A DNA stretch of 26,741 nucleotides, taken from Ktedonobacterales bacterium. GTDB lineage: Bacteria; Chloroflexota; Ktedonobacteria; Ktedonobacterales; JADMIN01. The notes beneath the pieces are model-generated. The model saw only the letters and a program-made list of their open reading frames with translations, had not been told where the DNA came from and made no database searches. Position numbers and translations under genes: made by a program. This document shows positions 1-8,749 of the stretch, in pieces (the first letter of the stretch is position 1; each line of letters opens with the position of its first letter). The DNA is taken from positions 1 through 26,741 of the forward strand of contig DASYGC010000353.1 in assembly GCA_036000225.1 (NCBI GenBank). The letters run 5' to 3'.

Positions 1-1
1 G

Positions 2-337
2 ATCCGCGAGCTGCGCCCGGCGGCGCTGGAGCACCAGGGGCTGCTGCCCGCGCTGCGCGAGTTTGCCGCGCAGTGGTCGCGGCAGTCGGGCATAGCGGTG
101 GACATCCAGACGGAGGGTGAAGCTGAGAATGAAGATGATCCACCGCTGCTGGTCGAGGAGACGCTGTTTCGCATCGCGCAGGAGGCCCTCGCCAACGCCG
201 CCATCGCCGGGCGGCTGGTCATCAGCGAGAAGACGGTGAAGGGCCACGTTAGCAACATCTTCGCCAAGCTGCACATGATGGATCGCACGCAGGCGGCGGT
301 CTTCGCCTGGCAGCAGGGGCTGGCGCGGCGTGAGTGA
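2..337 (+). pseudogene. 5'-partial chimeric ORF: NarX/HisKA_3-type sensor kinase segment fused in frame to a LuxR-type HTH C-terminus
   Basis: The frame is open from position 2: IRELRPAALEHQGLLPALREFAAQWSRQSGIAV...LFRIAQEALAN (kinase H-box-distal region to N-box), then AAIAGRLVISEKTVKGHVSNIFAKLHMMDRTQAAVFAWQQGL (GerE/LuxR HTH). The rest of the HATPase domain and the REC domain are absent. Confidence 0.7.
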
Positions 338-361
338 TACGCTATGCGGGTGATCGGTGGT

Positions 362-426
362 GTTCTGTAGTCGCGCACGGGTGTAGCACAGCGTCGCTCT
401 GCCGTTCCGTAGTTGCGCACGGGTGT
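362..426 (+). repeat. Two 23-bp direct repeats, GTAG plus hairpin (REP-like)
   Basis: gttctgtagtcgcgcacgggtgt (362-384) and gttccgtagttgcgcacgggtgt (404-426) match at 21/23. The second copy extends into the hairpin GCGCAC-GGGT-GTGCGC. Confidence 0.65.
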
Positions 427-470
427 GCGCTCTGGGCCTCGTGAGGCGCCCGTCTTTGTCCGATCTTCCT

Positions 471-497
471 GGTAGACCTCGGAAGCAGGTGCCTACC
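471..497. terminator. Hairpin between convergent genes (possible terminator or REP-like element)
   Basis: ggtag-acct-cggaagc-aggt-gc-ctacc forms an interrupted stem. There is no clear U-tract. Confidence 0.3.
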
Positions 498-584
498 GCA
501 CGATGAGTACGATGCAATATGCTTTCAGCCGCTGCCGCCGATTGCAGGGCGCCAGGGATGGCGTACTCAGCAGTCACCTCACCC

Positions 585-782
585 TCATGCGTGCATGGCG
601 AATGCGCGCGGCGGTGGCAGCGCCTGGCCATCCTGTTGGGCCCACATGATGAGCGACTCGATCAAATCTTCTCCCTGCTTCACGGCCTGCTCATACGTCT
701 CACCATGCGTATAGTTACCCGGAAACTCCGGCACCGACACCATGAACGCCTGATTTTCGTCAGACCATAACGCGACGCGCAC
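585..782 (-). CDS. hicB: HicB-family antitoxin-like protein (RNase H-like fold, short form)
   Basis: WSDENQAFMVSVPEFPGNYTHGETYEQAVKQGEDLIESLI matches the HicB/UPF0150 pattern (W-S-D-E-D...P...G..T.G.T.EEA). GTG at 782 is preferred over 851 because the candidate promoter lies at 829-837. Confidence 0.75.
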   Translation of the reverse strand: MRVALWSDENQAFMVSVPEFPGNYTHGETYEQAVKQGEDLIESLIMWAQQDGQALPPPRAFAMHA

Positions 783-828
783 TTTTGCGCGACAACGCCG
801 TTTGGGAGAAGGGCCGGAAGTTGCGCAG

Positions 829-868
829 AGTATAGCATGCGGGCGCGGCAACCGTGTGACATATCACA
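829..868 (-). promoter_or_regulatory. Extended -10 promoter (TGcTATACT) with palindromic operator TGTGA-cata-TCACA
   Basis: The minus strand reads TGCTATACT at 837-829. The inverted repeat with perfect 5-bp arms at 855-868 overlaps the expected -35 region, upstream of the hicB-like gene. Confidence 0.5.
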
Positions 869-1001
869 GTGCGAATGGATGTACGCCCGCTGGCATGAGG
901 CCAACACGCCGTACATGGTGCCCTTCGCGCCGGCACAATGCGCTCAAATAACACCACAGATGAGGCTTGCCCCATGCCCCCCGAGCGTGGGTGCCGGCAA
1001 A

Positions 1002-1772
1002 TTACGCAAGCCGCGCTGCCAGGGGCTGTGGCGCGGTCACGCGCGTGGCGAAGGCGCCGACGCGCGCGAAGAGCTGCTCGCGCTCCACATCTTTGGTCAC
1101 GCCATGGTAGGAGCGCTCCAGCACCAGCATCTCTTTGTCGAGCGTGCCCAGCCGGCGGAAGACTTCCATGCCGTCGCGCGCGGGCACCACGTGATCGTGC
1201 AGCGCGCAGGCGATGAAGGCGGGACAGCGCACGCGGGGCAGCTCGTCGCGCACGGTGGGCAGCGTGCTGAAGAGGCTGTGCGCCGCGGCCACCGACGTCC
1301 AGCGGTAGGCCTGCCGGTTGTAGCGCCGTGGCGCGGCGGGGTCGCGCACGTCTTCGGGGAAGGTCGGCCAGTAGGGCATGACGCGGTGGGTCAGCGCCGC
1401 GATCTCCTTCTGGGCGAAGTGCATGTTTAGCGGCGGGCAGAGCGCGACAACCCCCGCGACGCGCGGTTCGTTGGCGGCGGTATGCAGCGCGAGCGCGGCG
1501 CCCATCGAGTGGCCGATCAGAATCACGTGTGCGTGCCGCTCCAGCAACTCGCCCGCGGCGCTGGCTACCGCCGCCGACCAGTCGGCCCAGGTGGTGCGGG
1601 CGAAATGGCGGAAATGGGTGCCATGGCCGGGCAAGAGCAGCAGGTGCGTGGCGAAGTCGCGCGCGCGCAGTGTTTCCCCCAACTCGTGCATATCCAGCGG
1701 TTCACCATTGAAGCCATGCACCAGCAGCGCCGCCGGTTGGTTCGTCTGGCCGCTGGCCCCAGGCTCGCTCAT
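1002..1772 (-). CDS. Alpha/beta-hydrolase, carboxylesterase (Est30/YvaK-like)
   Basis: LLVHGFNG oxyanion motif, GHSMG nucleophile elbow, DHVVP (Asp) and SYHG (His). An alternative start exists at 1805. Confidence 0.88.
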   Translation of the reverse strand: MSEPGASGQTNQPAALLVHGFNGEPLDMHELGETLRARDFATHLLLLPGHGTHFRHFARTTWADWSAAVASAAGELLERHAHVILIGHSMGAALALHTAANEPRVAGVVALCPPLNMHFAQKEIAALTHRVMPYWPTFPEDVRDPAAPRRYNRQAYRWTSVAAAHSLFSTLPTVRDELPRVRCPAFIACALHDHVVPARDGMEVFRRLGTLDKEMLVLERSYHGVTKDVEREQLFARVGAFATRVTAPQPLAARLA

Positions 1773-1815
1773 TCGCCGCACCCCGCAATCCGTTTGCCGG
1801 CCCATCCGGCCCTCT

Positions 1816-1850
1816 CTCTGACATTATACCAAAATGGAAGCCTGTCAGAG
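1816..1850 (-). promoter_or_regulatory. Consensus extended -10 (TGgTATAAT) enclosed by an 8-bp inverted repeat
   Basis: The minus strand reads TGGTATAAT at 1831-1823. The arms are CTCTGACA (1816-1823) and TGTCAGAG (1843-1850). Confidence 0.55.
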
Positions 1851-1866
1851 GAAGAAGCGCATCAGG

Positions 1867-2583
1867 CTACACATGTGCGCGCTGCAGCGCGATCAACTCG
1901 CCGATGCCCTGCTGCGCCAGGGCCAGCAGCGTGTCGAGTTGCGCGCGGGTGTAGGTGGCGCCCTCGGCCGTCGCCTGCACCTCCACAAAGGCGCCAGCGT
2001 CGGTCATCACGATGTTGCAATCCACATCGGCGTGCGAGTCCTCGCGGTAATCAAGGTCGAGCAGCGGCGTGCCGGCGACGATGCCGGCGCTGATGGCGGC
2101 CAGGCCCGCGCGGATCGGGTCGGCGCGCAGCTTGCCCGTCTCGCGCAGGCGCGTGCAGGCGCGCCGTAGCGCCAGCCAGGCGCCCGTGATCGCCGCCGTA
2201 CGCGTGCCGCCATCCGCCTGCAACACATCGCAGTCCAGCAGGATCGTGCGTTCGCCCAGCGCGCGCAGGTCCACCGCCGCTCGTAGCGAGCGGCCGATCA
2301 GCCGCTGAATCTCGTGGGTGCGTCCGCCCACCTTGCCGGTCACCGCCTCGCGTGGCGAGCGTTGCGCGCCCGAGCGCGGCAGCATCGCGTATTCCGCCGT
2401 GAGCCAGCCCTGCCCGCGCCCCACGAGGAACGCTGGCACCTTCTCCTCGATGCTGGCCACGCAGAGCACGCGGGTATCGCCCATCTCGATCAGCACCGAG
2501 CCCTCGGCATGGCGCAGATAGTCCATCGTGATCTTGACCGGGCGCAACTGATCGGGGGCGCGCCCATCCGCGCGTGCTGACAT
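1867..2583 (-). CDS. rph: Ribonuclease PH
   Basis: [55 protein letters not shown] and [19 protein letters not shown] are RNase PH signatures. An AGGAG RBS precedes ATG 2583, giving 238 aa. Confidence 0.97.
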   Translation of the reverse strand: MSARADGRAPDQLRPVKITMDYLRHAEGSVLIEMGDTRVLCVASIEEKVPAFLVGRGQGWLTAEYAMLPRSGAQRSPREAVTGKVGGRTHEIQRLIGRSLRAAVDLRALGERTILLDCDVLQADGGTRTAAITGAWLALRRACTRLRETGKLRADPIRAGLAAISAGIVAGTPLLDLDYREDSHADVDCNIVMTDAGAFVEVQATAEGATYTRAQLDTLLALAQQGIGELIALQRAHV

Positions 2584-2644
2584 ATGCTGGCTCCTCATAT
2601 TCGATTGCGGGATACGACGACATTCTTCCGCCATTGTGCCGGCA

Positions 2645-4174
2645 TCACGGCAGCGGGTCGCCCGCCTGGCTTACCAGCCGCACCGCGCCGTTGGGGTCCA
2701 CCGCGTAGACCCACGAGTCGGTGTGGAGGAAGCGCAGGTTCCAGCTCACCGTGAAGGTCACGTTGTATGCGCCGGGACTGCCCGCGATGGGCGCAACCGC
2801 CAGCTGCGCGCTGCCAGAGTAGGGGCCGTTGGTGCCGAAATCGGGATCGTAGGCGTAGAAGTCGAGCGTGCGGCTGCCTGGCCCGATGGTGAACGTGGCC
2901 GGGGCGACGAACGGCGGATCCTGCGCGCTGTGCGGCGGCAGCGTCGCCAACGCGGCGCGCGCTAGCACGGCGGCGGTCGCGGGCGTCACGCCGATGGCCA
3001 GGTTGGCGCTATCGCGCACCACGGCGATGGCGCCGTGATCGGATGGCACGAAAAGGAGTCCCGCGCCATCCACCGGCAGCGCGGCATCCGGCGGCCAGGC
3101 CACGGGCAGTGGCAATGCGGCCAGCGTCCTGCCCGTGACGCCATCCAGGGTGCGCAGTCCGCGCGCGTCGGCGAGATACACGTGGCCCAGCGCCGCATTC
3201 CAGCCCAGCGCCCGCGCGCCTGCCAGCGCGGCATCCGGCGTCAGCCGCGTTGGCGCGGTGGCAGGCGGTGGCGCCGCCGCCGCCAGATCGGCCAGCTTCA
3301 CGCTGTCCGTGCCGCCATCCCGCAGGAAGAGATAGAGCGTGTCGGTGGCGGGGTCGAGCGGTCCCAGCCGAACGCCAGCGGGCACGATCGTCCGCGCCCG
3401 CAGGGTCCCATGGGTCGCATCGAGCGCCAGCAGGTTGGTGGCGTTGAAGGTGGCTTCAATCAGCACGACCAGTCCGGTGGCGGGATCGTAGACTGGCCCA
3501 TCCAGCCGCGCAACACCCGCGGCGGGCGCGAAACTGAAGCGCGGCGTGCCGTGAAGCGCGTCCACGCCGAGCAGCGCCGGCTGGCCGGCGTTGCTCGCGG
3601 TCAGCAGCAGCGTGCCACTACTGGTCACGATGGCGCCGGTCTCTGGTCCGGCGCTGTCGCCCGCCGGCAGCGCGAACGTGACAAGATGCGCGCCGCTGCC
3701 CAGCGCGAAGACATCCACCGCGTTGGCCGAGATGACATCCACTATCCCGCGCCGCGCATCCACCGCCAGCGCGACCGGATGTTGCGCCGCGCCGACCAGT
3801 GGCGCCTGCGCAATGGTGGCGCCGGTGCGCCCGTTGACGACGAGCAGCGTATCCAGCGCGGGCGCGGCGCCACAGGCGCCGCTGGGCGGGCACGCCGGCT
3901 CCTGGGGGCCAGCCAGCAGCACGAGCTCGCCGCTCTCGCCAACCGCGGCCACGAATGCCGCGCCGGCCTCGGGTCGCAGCACCGCGGCGATCGCGGCGGG
4001 CGGAGAGGCGGGCGCGGGCAGGCGCGCGCTGGCCAGCACCCGGCTGGCGACCAGATGATGGGCGGTGTAGGCACCACCCCAGACCAAAGCGACGACGAGG
4101 ATCGTGCCCAGCGCCCAGAGCCAGGTGCGGCTCCGGCGCGCCGCGGCGGCTACCGGGGGCGGGGCGAGGGTCAC
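2645..4174 (-). CDS. Membrane-anchored extracytoplasmic protein, probable beta-propeller (YncE/YVTN-like)
   Basis: N-terminal TM segment [19 protein letters not shown] and recurring blade-like segments ([36 protein letters not shown]). The GTG start overlaps the upstream stop (GTGA). Confidence 0.6.
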   Translation of the reverse strand: MTLAPPPVAAAARRSRTWLWALGTILVVALVWGGAYTAHHLVASRVLASARLPAPASPPAAIAAVLRPEAGAAFVAAVGESGELVLLAGPQEPACPPSGACGAAPALDTLLVVNGRTGATIAQAPLVGAAQHPVALAVDARRGIVDVISANAVDVFALGSGAHLVTFALPAGDSAGPETGAIVTSSGTLLLTASNAGQPALLGVDALHGTPRFSFAPAAGVARLDGPVYDPATGLVVLIEATFNATNLLALDATHGTLRARTIVPAGVRLGPLDPATDTLYLFLRDGGTDSVKLADLAAAAPPPATAPTRLTPDAALAGARALGWNAALGHVYLADARGLRTLDGVTGRTLAALPLPVAWPPDAALPVDGAGLLFVPSDHGAIAVVRDSANLAIGVTPATAAVLARAALATLPPHSAQDPPFVAPATFTIGPGSRTLDFYAYDPDFGTNGPYSGSAQLAVAPIAGSPGAYNVTFTVSWNLRFLHTDSWVYAVDPNGAVRLVSQAGDPLP

Positions 4175-4848
4175 GTGCGCCCTCCGCCGAGAGGGATGGT
4201 GGCCCGACCGTTCTCCGCCACACTGGCGCGCAGTTGGCGGAACTTATGCACCGCCAGCCAGATGATCCAGCCGATGCTGACCGCCAGAATCACGACCAGC
4301 GCGATGGCCAGGAAGGGCGCGATCAGCGCCAGCGCGCTCAGGGCCACCGCGATCGCGTCTTCGATGAAGCTCACGACGGGGTTGCCCACGCCCGCGGTGG
4401 TGGCCGTGACGGCCGGTCGAGTGGTCGCCTTCACGCTGTGCACGCCCAGCGCCAGCACCGCGCCGATCGCCGCCGCCACCCAGATATTGCGCTCGCTGAT
4501 CGGATTGCTGGTGGCGGCCATCACGATGGCGCCCGAGGCGGGACGGATGACAGTGTGCACGGCATCGCTGATGTGGTCGAAGAGCGGCAGCTTATCTACG
4601 GCGAACTCCGCGACCACCAGCACCACCAGCACGCCGATGATCCAGGGCCAGCCGACATGCTTGACGAATTGTTGGAACGGCGCCGAGAGCGCAATGGGGT
4701 GGCTGGGATCAACGGTGACTCCCAGCGCCAGCGCCAGCAAGGGCAGGTACGCGCGCAGCCCCGACGCCGAACTCAGGCTCAGCGCTGCGAGCAGGGTGGT
4801 GACGGCCACCGTGGGATCGGTGATTGCGCTAGCAGGAAGAGTTAGCAT
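4171..4848 (-). CDS. DUF4126-family integral membrane protein
   Basis: SGLRAYLPL, EFAVDKLPLFDH, HTVIRPASGA and NPVVSFIED motifs, several hydrophobic helices, and a GAGGAG RBS. Confidence 0.8.
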   Translation of the reverse strand: MLTLPASAITDPTVAVTTLLAALSLSSASGLRAYLPLLALALGVTVDPSHPIALSAPFQQFVKHVGWPWIIGVLVVLVVAEFAVDKLPLFDHISDAVHTVIRPASGAIVMAATSNPISERNIWVAAAIGAVLALGVHSVKATTRPAVTATTAGVGNPVVSFIEDAIAVALSALALIAPFLAIALVVILAVSIGWIIWLAVHKFRQLRASVAENGRATIPLGGGRT

Positions 4849-4952
4849 AGTAAATCCCGCTCCTCACCAGTCGTGACGACACACCGCGTAGAACTGTGTA
4901 ACTCCGCGTGGTGGCAGTTTACCACGTTTGAAGGGAGCGGTACAGAGCGCGA

Positions 4953-5480
4953 TCAGGCGAGGGCAGCGTCGTCTGGCGTTGCGGGTGGGGTCAGCGCGCG
5001 CCGCAAGAGCGCCACGGTGCGGCCATCCTGGGCGCGCAGGACGCCGACCTCCTGGAAGCCGCGGGCGCGGTGAAAGCTCAGCGAGACGGGATTGGGTGGC
5101 ACCAAGTTGACCTCGCAGGTGAGCGAGTCGAGGCCAAGCGCCAGGGCCTCGTCCGCGATGGCCTGGTAGAGCGCGGAGCCAATGCCGCCGCGCCGGCTCC
5201 GCGAGGCGATGGCCACCTGGTCGATGTAGAGGAAGCGCGCAAAGTGGCGCTGGAACCAGGCGAACTCCTCACCGTCGTACGCGTCGCTGGCGGTGTAGGC
5301 GATCAGGTAGCCGGCAACCCCTTCGGGCGCTTCGGCGACCCAACACCGAAGGGCACCGGTCTCCAGCGCGGCAAGTTCCTCCGTGCTCAGCGGCGTGACG
5401 CCCGGGAGCCCCGCCGCGTTGATGGCGCGTAGCGCCTCCAGGTCCGCGGGCCGCACCAGGCGGACCGTGATAGCTGCCAC
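4953..5480 (-). CDS. GNAT-family N-acetyltransferase
   Basis: FLYIDQVAIASRSRRGGIGSALY (acetyl-CoA motif A) and CEVNLVPPNPVSLSFH...GF.EVG. A GGAGG RBS precedes GTG 5480. Confidence 0.85.
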   Translation of the reverse strand: MAAITVRLVRPADLEALRAINAAGLPGVTPLSTEELAALETGALRCWVAEAPEGVAGYLIAYTASDAYDGEEFAWFQRHFARFLYIDQVAIASRSRRGGIGSALYQAIADEALALGLDSLTCEVNLVPPNPVSLSFHRARGFQEVGVLRAQDGRTVALLRRALTPPATPDDAALA

Positions 5481-5559
5481 CGAATCGCCTCCTCTTTCGC
5501 ACGCCGGACGCATAGCCCTACGCGAGGAGATACGCAGGAGAGTGAGCAGCGAGCGCTGT

Positions 5560-7782
5560 TCACGTCCACGTCAGGCCGAGTGTGGTGTTGAGCTGCACGC
5601 TGAGCTGCCAGGCGCTGCCGGAGCCCTTCGCATCAGCCACGGCACCGGTCGTAAGGTCGGTGGGCTGCTCTCCCGCCGGCCAGACCAGAGTCACCCGCAC
5701 CGGCAGCGTCGCGATGCCGCCCTGCTTCTGGATGGTGAGGGCATAGGCACCGCCGGGGTGGAAGGCAAGTGGCGCGGGCAGGTGATAAGTGAGCGTGACG
5801 GTCACGCTCGTGCCCGGCTGGATGACCAGGTAGCCGCCAAATACCGTCTTGCCGGCGTCGCTGGACTGGCTGATGGAATCGCCATAGCCCGTCGCGCGCA
5901 CGAGCTGGCTGCCCGCTGGGACGTAGACACGTAGATAGTTGCGGTATTCTGGCACCCCGCCGGAAGGCGCACCCGGTGGGGGGTTGGGGTTGTGGTAGGT
6001 GACGGCCAGTGTGGCAACCGGCAACCCAGGTTTGCTGAAATCCACGGTGTAGGCCACCGCGCGCGTCACATACTGGATGCGCTTGTTGTTGCTCATGCTG
6101 GCTTCGTTGAGCATCAGGTAGTCGCCGGCGCCGCTCGCGATAGCGCCGTCCCAGTGTAGGCGCTGAATCAGCGATTCCTCGATGGGCTGATTGAGATAGA
6201 CGAAGGCATCGGCGGAGCCGAACACCCCCTGCACCATCTGCCCCAGCGGCATGAGTTGCGCGTGCGGCAGTTGCAGCAGGCGATCCACCGTGGAATGCAC
6301 GACCTTGACCAGGAAATCTTTGTCGACGAAGTCGTGGCCTTGTGACTGCTCTACTTGCACGAGATTGCCGTAATCGAAGGCAAAGAGGGTCTGTTCGAAG
6401 TTCTGGCTGGTGACGGTCTGGCTATAGCCAGGGACCTGGATCGGGCCAGTCAAGTTGAGGAAGCCACGGAAGAGTGAGAGTCCCACCACGATCACGCCAT
6501 CAATGTGGACGCCGGGGTCATAGACGCCCTGGAAGCGCTCCATCTGCCGCGCCTGCGTGGGAAAGTCGGGATACCAGGAGTCCTGCATCATCCAGTGCGT
6601 CTGGGGGCCAAAGCCGCCCTGATCGGCGAAATAGTGGTAGAGCGGCGCCGGGAATGGCACACCGGGATCGGGGGTCCCGCCGTAGACCCAGCGCTGGAAC
6701 GAGCGGTAGTCGAGATGCGTGATCGCGCCGTTCTGGACCGTCACGACTCCCCAACTGCCAAAGAAGCCACCAGTTGGCCGCAGGTCGTCGGAGTCCATCG
6801 CTACCAGCAGATAGTTGCGGGTGCCGTGCGCGCCCAGCAGCGCGGGGAGTACATCGAGCGCCGCGACGCCCTGCTGCAACTCGGGCAGCCGGGTGGCGAG
6901 CGAGCTCAACAGATGGGCGACACGCCCGCCCAGCATCTGGGGCGGCACGCGCCCCAGCTCGCTCGCCGCGCGCGCGAAGTCCGCCTGCGCCGCCTGAAAT
7001 TGTGGGCGCCCGGTGTCGAGCGCGGCCAGAAATGCCGCGCCCACTTGCGTCTTCGCGCTGGACGCGCTGGTGCCCGCGGCGGCCTGCCCCGCCACCAGCA
7101 CCGCCAGGGGGCGCACTCCCGCCAGCGCCGCCTCCCCGCCCAGCACCACCTGGTGCGCGAGATCGAGCAGTACCGGCAGTGCGGTCGCGTCGCTGGCCGC
7201 GGAGACATTCGCCGCCAGGGGGAGTGTCCAGGCGAGCATCGCCTCTTGCGCGCGCGCTGCCCCCAGCGCGGTGTCGGCCCGGCTCAAATGCGCGCTGGCG
7301 CTATCCAGCGCGGCGACATCCAGCTTGCCAGTTGTCAGGGTCTTGAGAGCCGCTTCGCTCGCCGTAATCTCCGTCTGCGCGGTTTGCAACTGGTGGTAGA
7401 GGTGTACGCCGGCAACGGCCATACGCACCCCCACCGTCACCGGCAAGAGCAGCAGCGCCAGCAGGATCAGCACCACCGCGACCCGCGCCGACAACCAGCG
7501 TTTCGCCCGACGCCGGGGCGCACCAGCGATGCGCGGCGCTGGCGATGCCGTGGGCAACAACAAGTGGCCGGCCTGCATGGAGCCGCGCCGGAGCGTGCCA
7601 GCTCGGGGCGCGGGGGACGCGGGCAGGGCACGCGGGCGCCGCGTGGCCAGCGGGCGCGATGACCATGCGGCTCGCGCACGCAGGCGCCGCAGGCGCACCG
7701 AGAACTGGCGTCGCTGGGCTGGCGCGTCCTCGCGTCCGAACTCAAGTGGTGTGGGCCGGGGAACCGTCAATTTCCGCAGCAT
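5560..7782 (-). CDS. DUF4012-domain membrane-anchored protein (polysaccharide-locus associated)
   Basis: Basic N-terminus, one TM segment (VAVVLILLALLLLPVTVGV), a helical/coiled-coil stalk, then RNYLLVAMDSDDLRPTGGFFGSWG, PDFPTQA, IDGVI and a C-terminal beta domain (YRNYLRVYVP, Y.LTIQKQGG). Confidence 0.75.
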   Translation of the reverse strand: MLRKLTVPRPTPLEFGREDAPAQRRQFSVRLRRLRARAAWSSRPLATRRPRALPASPAPRAGTLRRGSMQAGHLLLPTASPAPRIAGAPRRRAKRWLSARVAVVLILLALLLLPVTVGVRMAVAGVHLYHQLQTAQTEITASEAALKTLTTGKLDVAALDSASAHLSRADTALGAARAQEAMLAWTLPLAANVSAASDATALPVLLDLAHQVVLGGEAALAGVRPLAVLVAGQAAAGTSASSAKTQVGAAFLAALDTGRPQFQAAQADFARAASELGRVPPQMLGGRVAHLLSSLATRLPELQQGVAALDVLPALLGAHGTRNYLLVAMDSDDLRPTGGFFGSWGVVTVQNGAITHLDYRSFQRWVYGGTPDPGVPFPAPLYHYFADQGGFGPQTHWMMQDSWYPDFPTQARQMERFQGVYDPGVHIDGVIVVGLSLFRGFLNLTGPIQVPGYSQTVTSQNFEQTLFAFDYGNLVQVEQSQGHDFVDKDFLVKVVHSTVDRLLQLPHAQLMPLGQMVQGVFGSADAFVYLNQPIEESLIQRLHWDGAIASGAGDYLMLNEASMSNNKRIQYVTRAVAYTVDFSKPGLPVATLAVTYHNPNPPPGAPSGGVPEYRNYLRVYVPAGSQLVRATGYGDSISQSSDAGKTVFGGYLVIQPGTSVTVTLTYHLPAPLAFHPGGAYALTIQKQGGIATLPVRVTLVWPAGEQPTDLTTGAVADAKGSGSAWQLSVQLNTTLGLTWT

Positions 7783-7906
7783 GAGAGGAGTCCTTTATGC
7801 CGCTGGCGCGCGAGCGGCGTATAGAATCAATCGGCAGCGCGCTCGTTGGCGCGACAAGCTGGAACCTCACCGTGACAGCGCCGTGGGAAGATCCGGTTGA
7901 GCGCGG

Positions 7907-8749
7907 CTAGCGTGCTGGCGTGCGTCGGGACACCGCGAAGCTGCGTGCCCACCAGCGCGGTAGACCACCACGCTGCGCTGACGCCGCCGCGCTGGCGAGT
8001 TCGCGCGCGGTGAAGGGCACCGGTGAACGTGTCACGATCGGCTGATCGTCCAGCAGGGCCCGCGGTACCGTTTCGACCAACTCGCGCACGCGGCGCGCGC
8101 CCACCAGCCGCTCAGCCGCCACCAGACTCTCCGCCCAGCGTGGCGGCCGCACGCTCAGCGCGTGAGCATCCGATGCCAGTACATGCGCCAGATCGTGGCG
8201 CAGCAGCAATGCGCTGGCGCGTTGCGCGCGTTCGCCAAAGGCGCCCAGCAGGCTCGATGCGGTGATCTGCACCAGCGCGCCGCTCTCCACCAGGGGGACC
8301 AGCAACTCGGGCGCGCGCTGGATGGCGCGCTCGCGTTCGGCATGGGCGATCACGGGAATGATCCCGCGCTGGCGCACCCGGGCGAGGATCACCGGGAGCG
8401 TGACGGGCACACCGCTGCCTGGCAGCTCCAGCAGGAGATACCGCCCACCATTGAGGGTGGCCAGCTCCTGGCGCGCGAGCGCCTCGTCCAGATCGGCATC
8501 CAACGCCACCTCGTGGCCTGGCCAGACTCGCAGGGGCACGCCCGCCCGCTCCAGAGCCTGGCACAACCGCGCCACTCGGTCGCGCACGTGCGCCGGGGAG
8601 AGGCGCGGGTAGACCGCGTTATAGTGGGGGGTTGCCACGACATCGGTCACCCCCGCCTCAACCTCGACACGCGCAAGCGCGACGGCTGCCGCAAGGGTAT
8701 CACAGCCGTCGTCGACACCGGGAAGGATGTGGGTGTGTACGTCGATCAT
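7907..8749 (-). CDS. PHP-family Mn-dependent protein tyrosine phosphatase (CpsB/YwqE type)
   Basis: MIDVHTHILPGVDDG, ATPHY, PGHEV, YLLLEL, IAHAER and ASDAH metal-binding motifs. Confidence 0.93.
   Translation of the reverse strand: MIDVHTHILPGVDDGCDTLAAAVALARVEVEAGVTDVVATPHYNAVYPRLSPAHVRDRVARLCQALERAGVPLRVWPGHEVALDADLDEALARQELATLNGGRYLLLELPGSGVPVTLPVILARVRQRGIIPVIAHAERERAIQRAPELLVPLVESGALVQITASSLLGAFGERAQRASALLLRHDLAHVLASDAHALSVRPPRWAESLVAAERLVGARRVRELVETVPRALLDDQPIVTRSPVPFTARELASAAASAQRGGLPRWWARSFAVSRRTPAR

Noticed and set aside
362-426. Possible mini-CRISPR (23-bp repeats)
   Set aside because: There are only two copies, the spacer is just 19 bp and no cas genes are present. The GTAG-hairpin form fits REP better.
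855-868. CRP/FNR site
   Set aside because: The half-sites TGTGA/TCACA are spaced by 4 bp rather than the 6 bp CRP requires. It is kept only as a generic palindrome.
760-975. ORF upstream of hicB as a candidate HicA toxin
   Set aside because: It lacks the GSH motif and dsRBD-like pattern of HicA, overlaps hicB and spans the candidate promoter.
1867-2583. rph not followed by rdgB
   Set aside because: The linkage is common but not universal, so its absence is not informative.
3035-4876. 613-aa plus-strand ORF, and other long antisense ORFs (6505-7662, 13461-14441, 14850-15956, 19104-20435, 21139-22686)
   Set aside because: They lie opposite well-supported genes, are Arg/Gly/Ala/His-rich and have no motifs. 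They are typical shadow ORFs of high-GC DNA.
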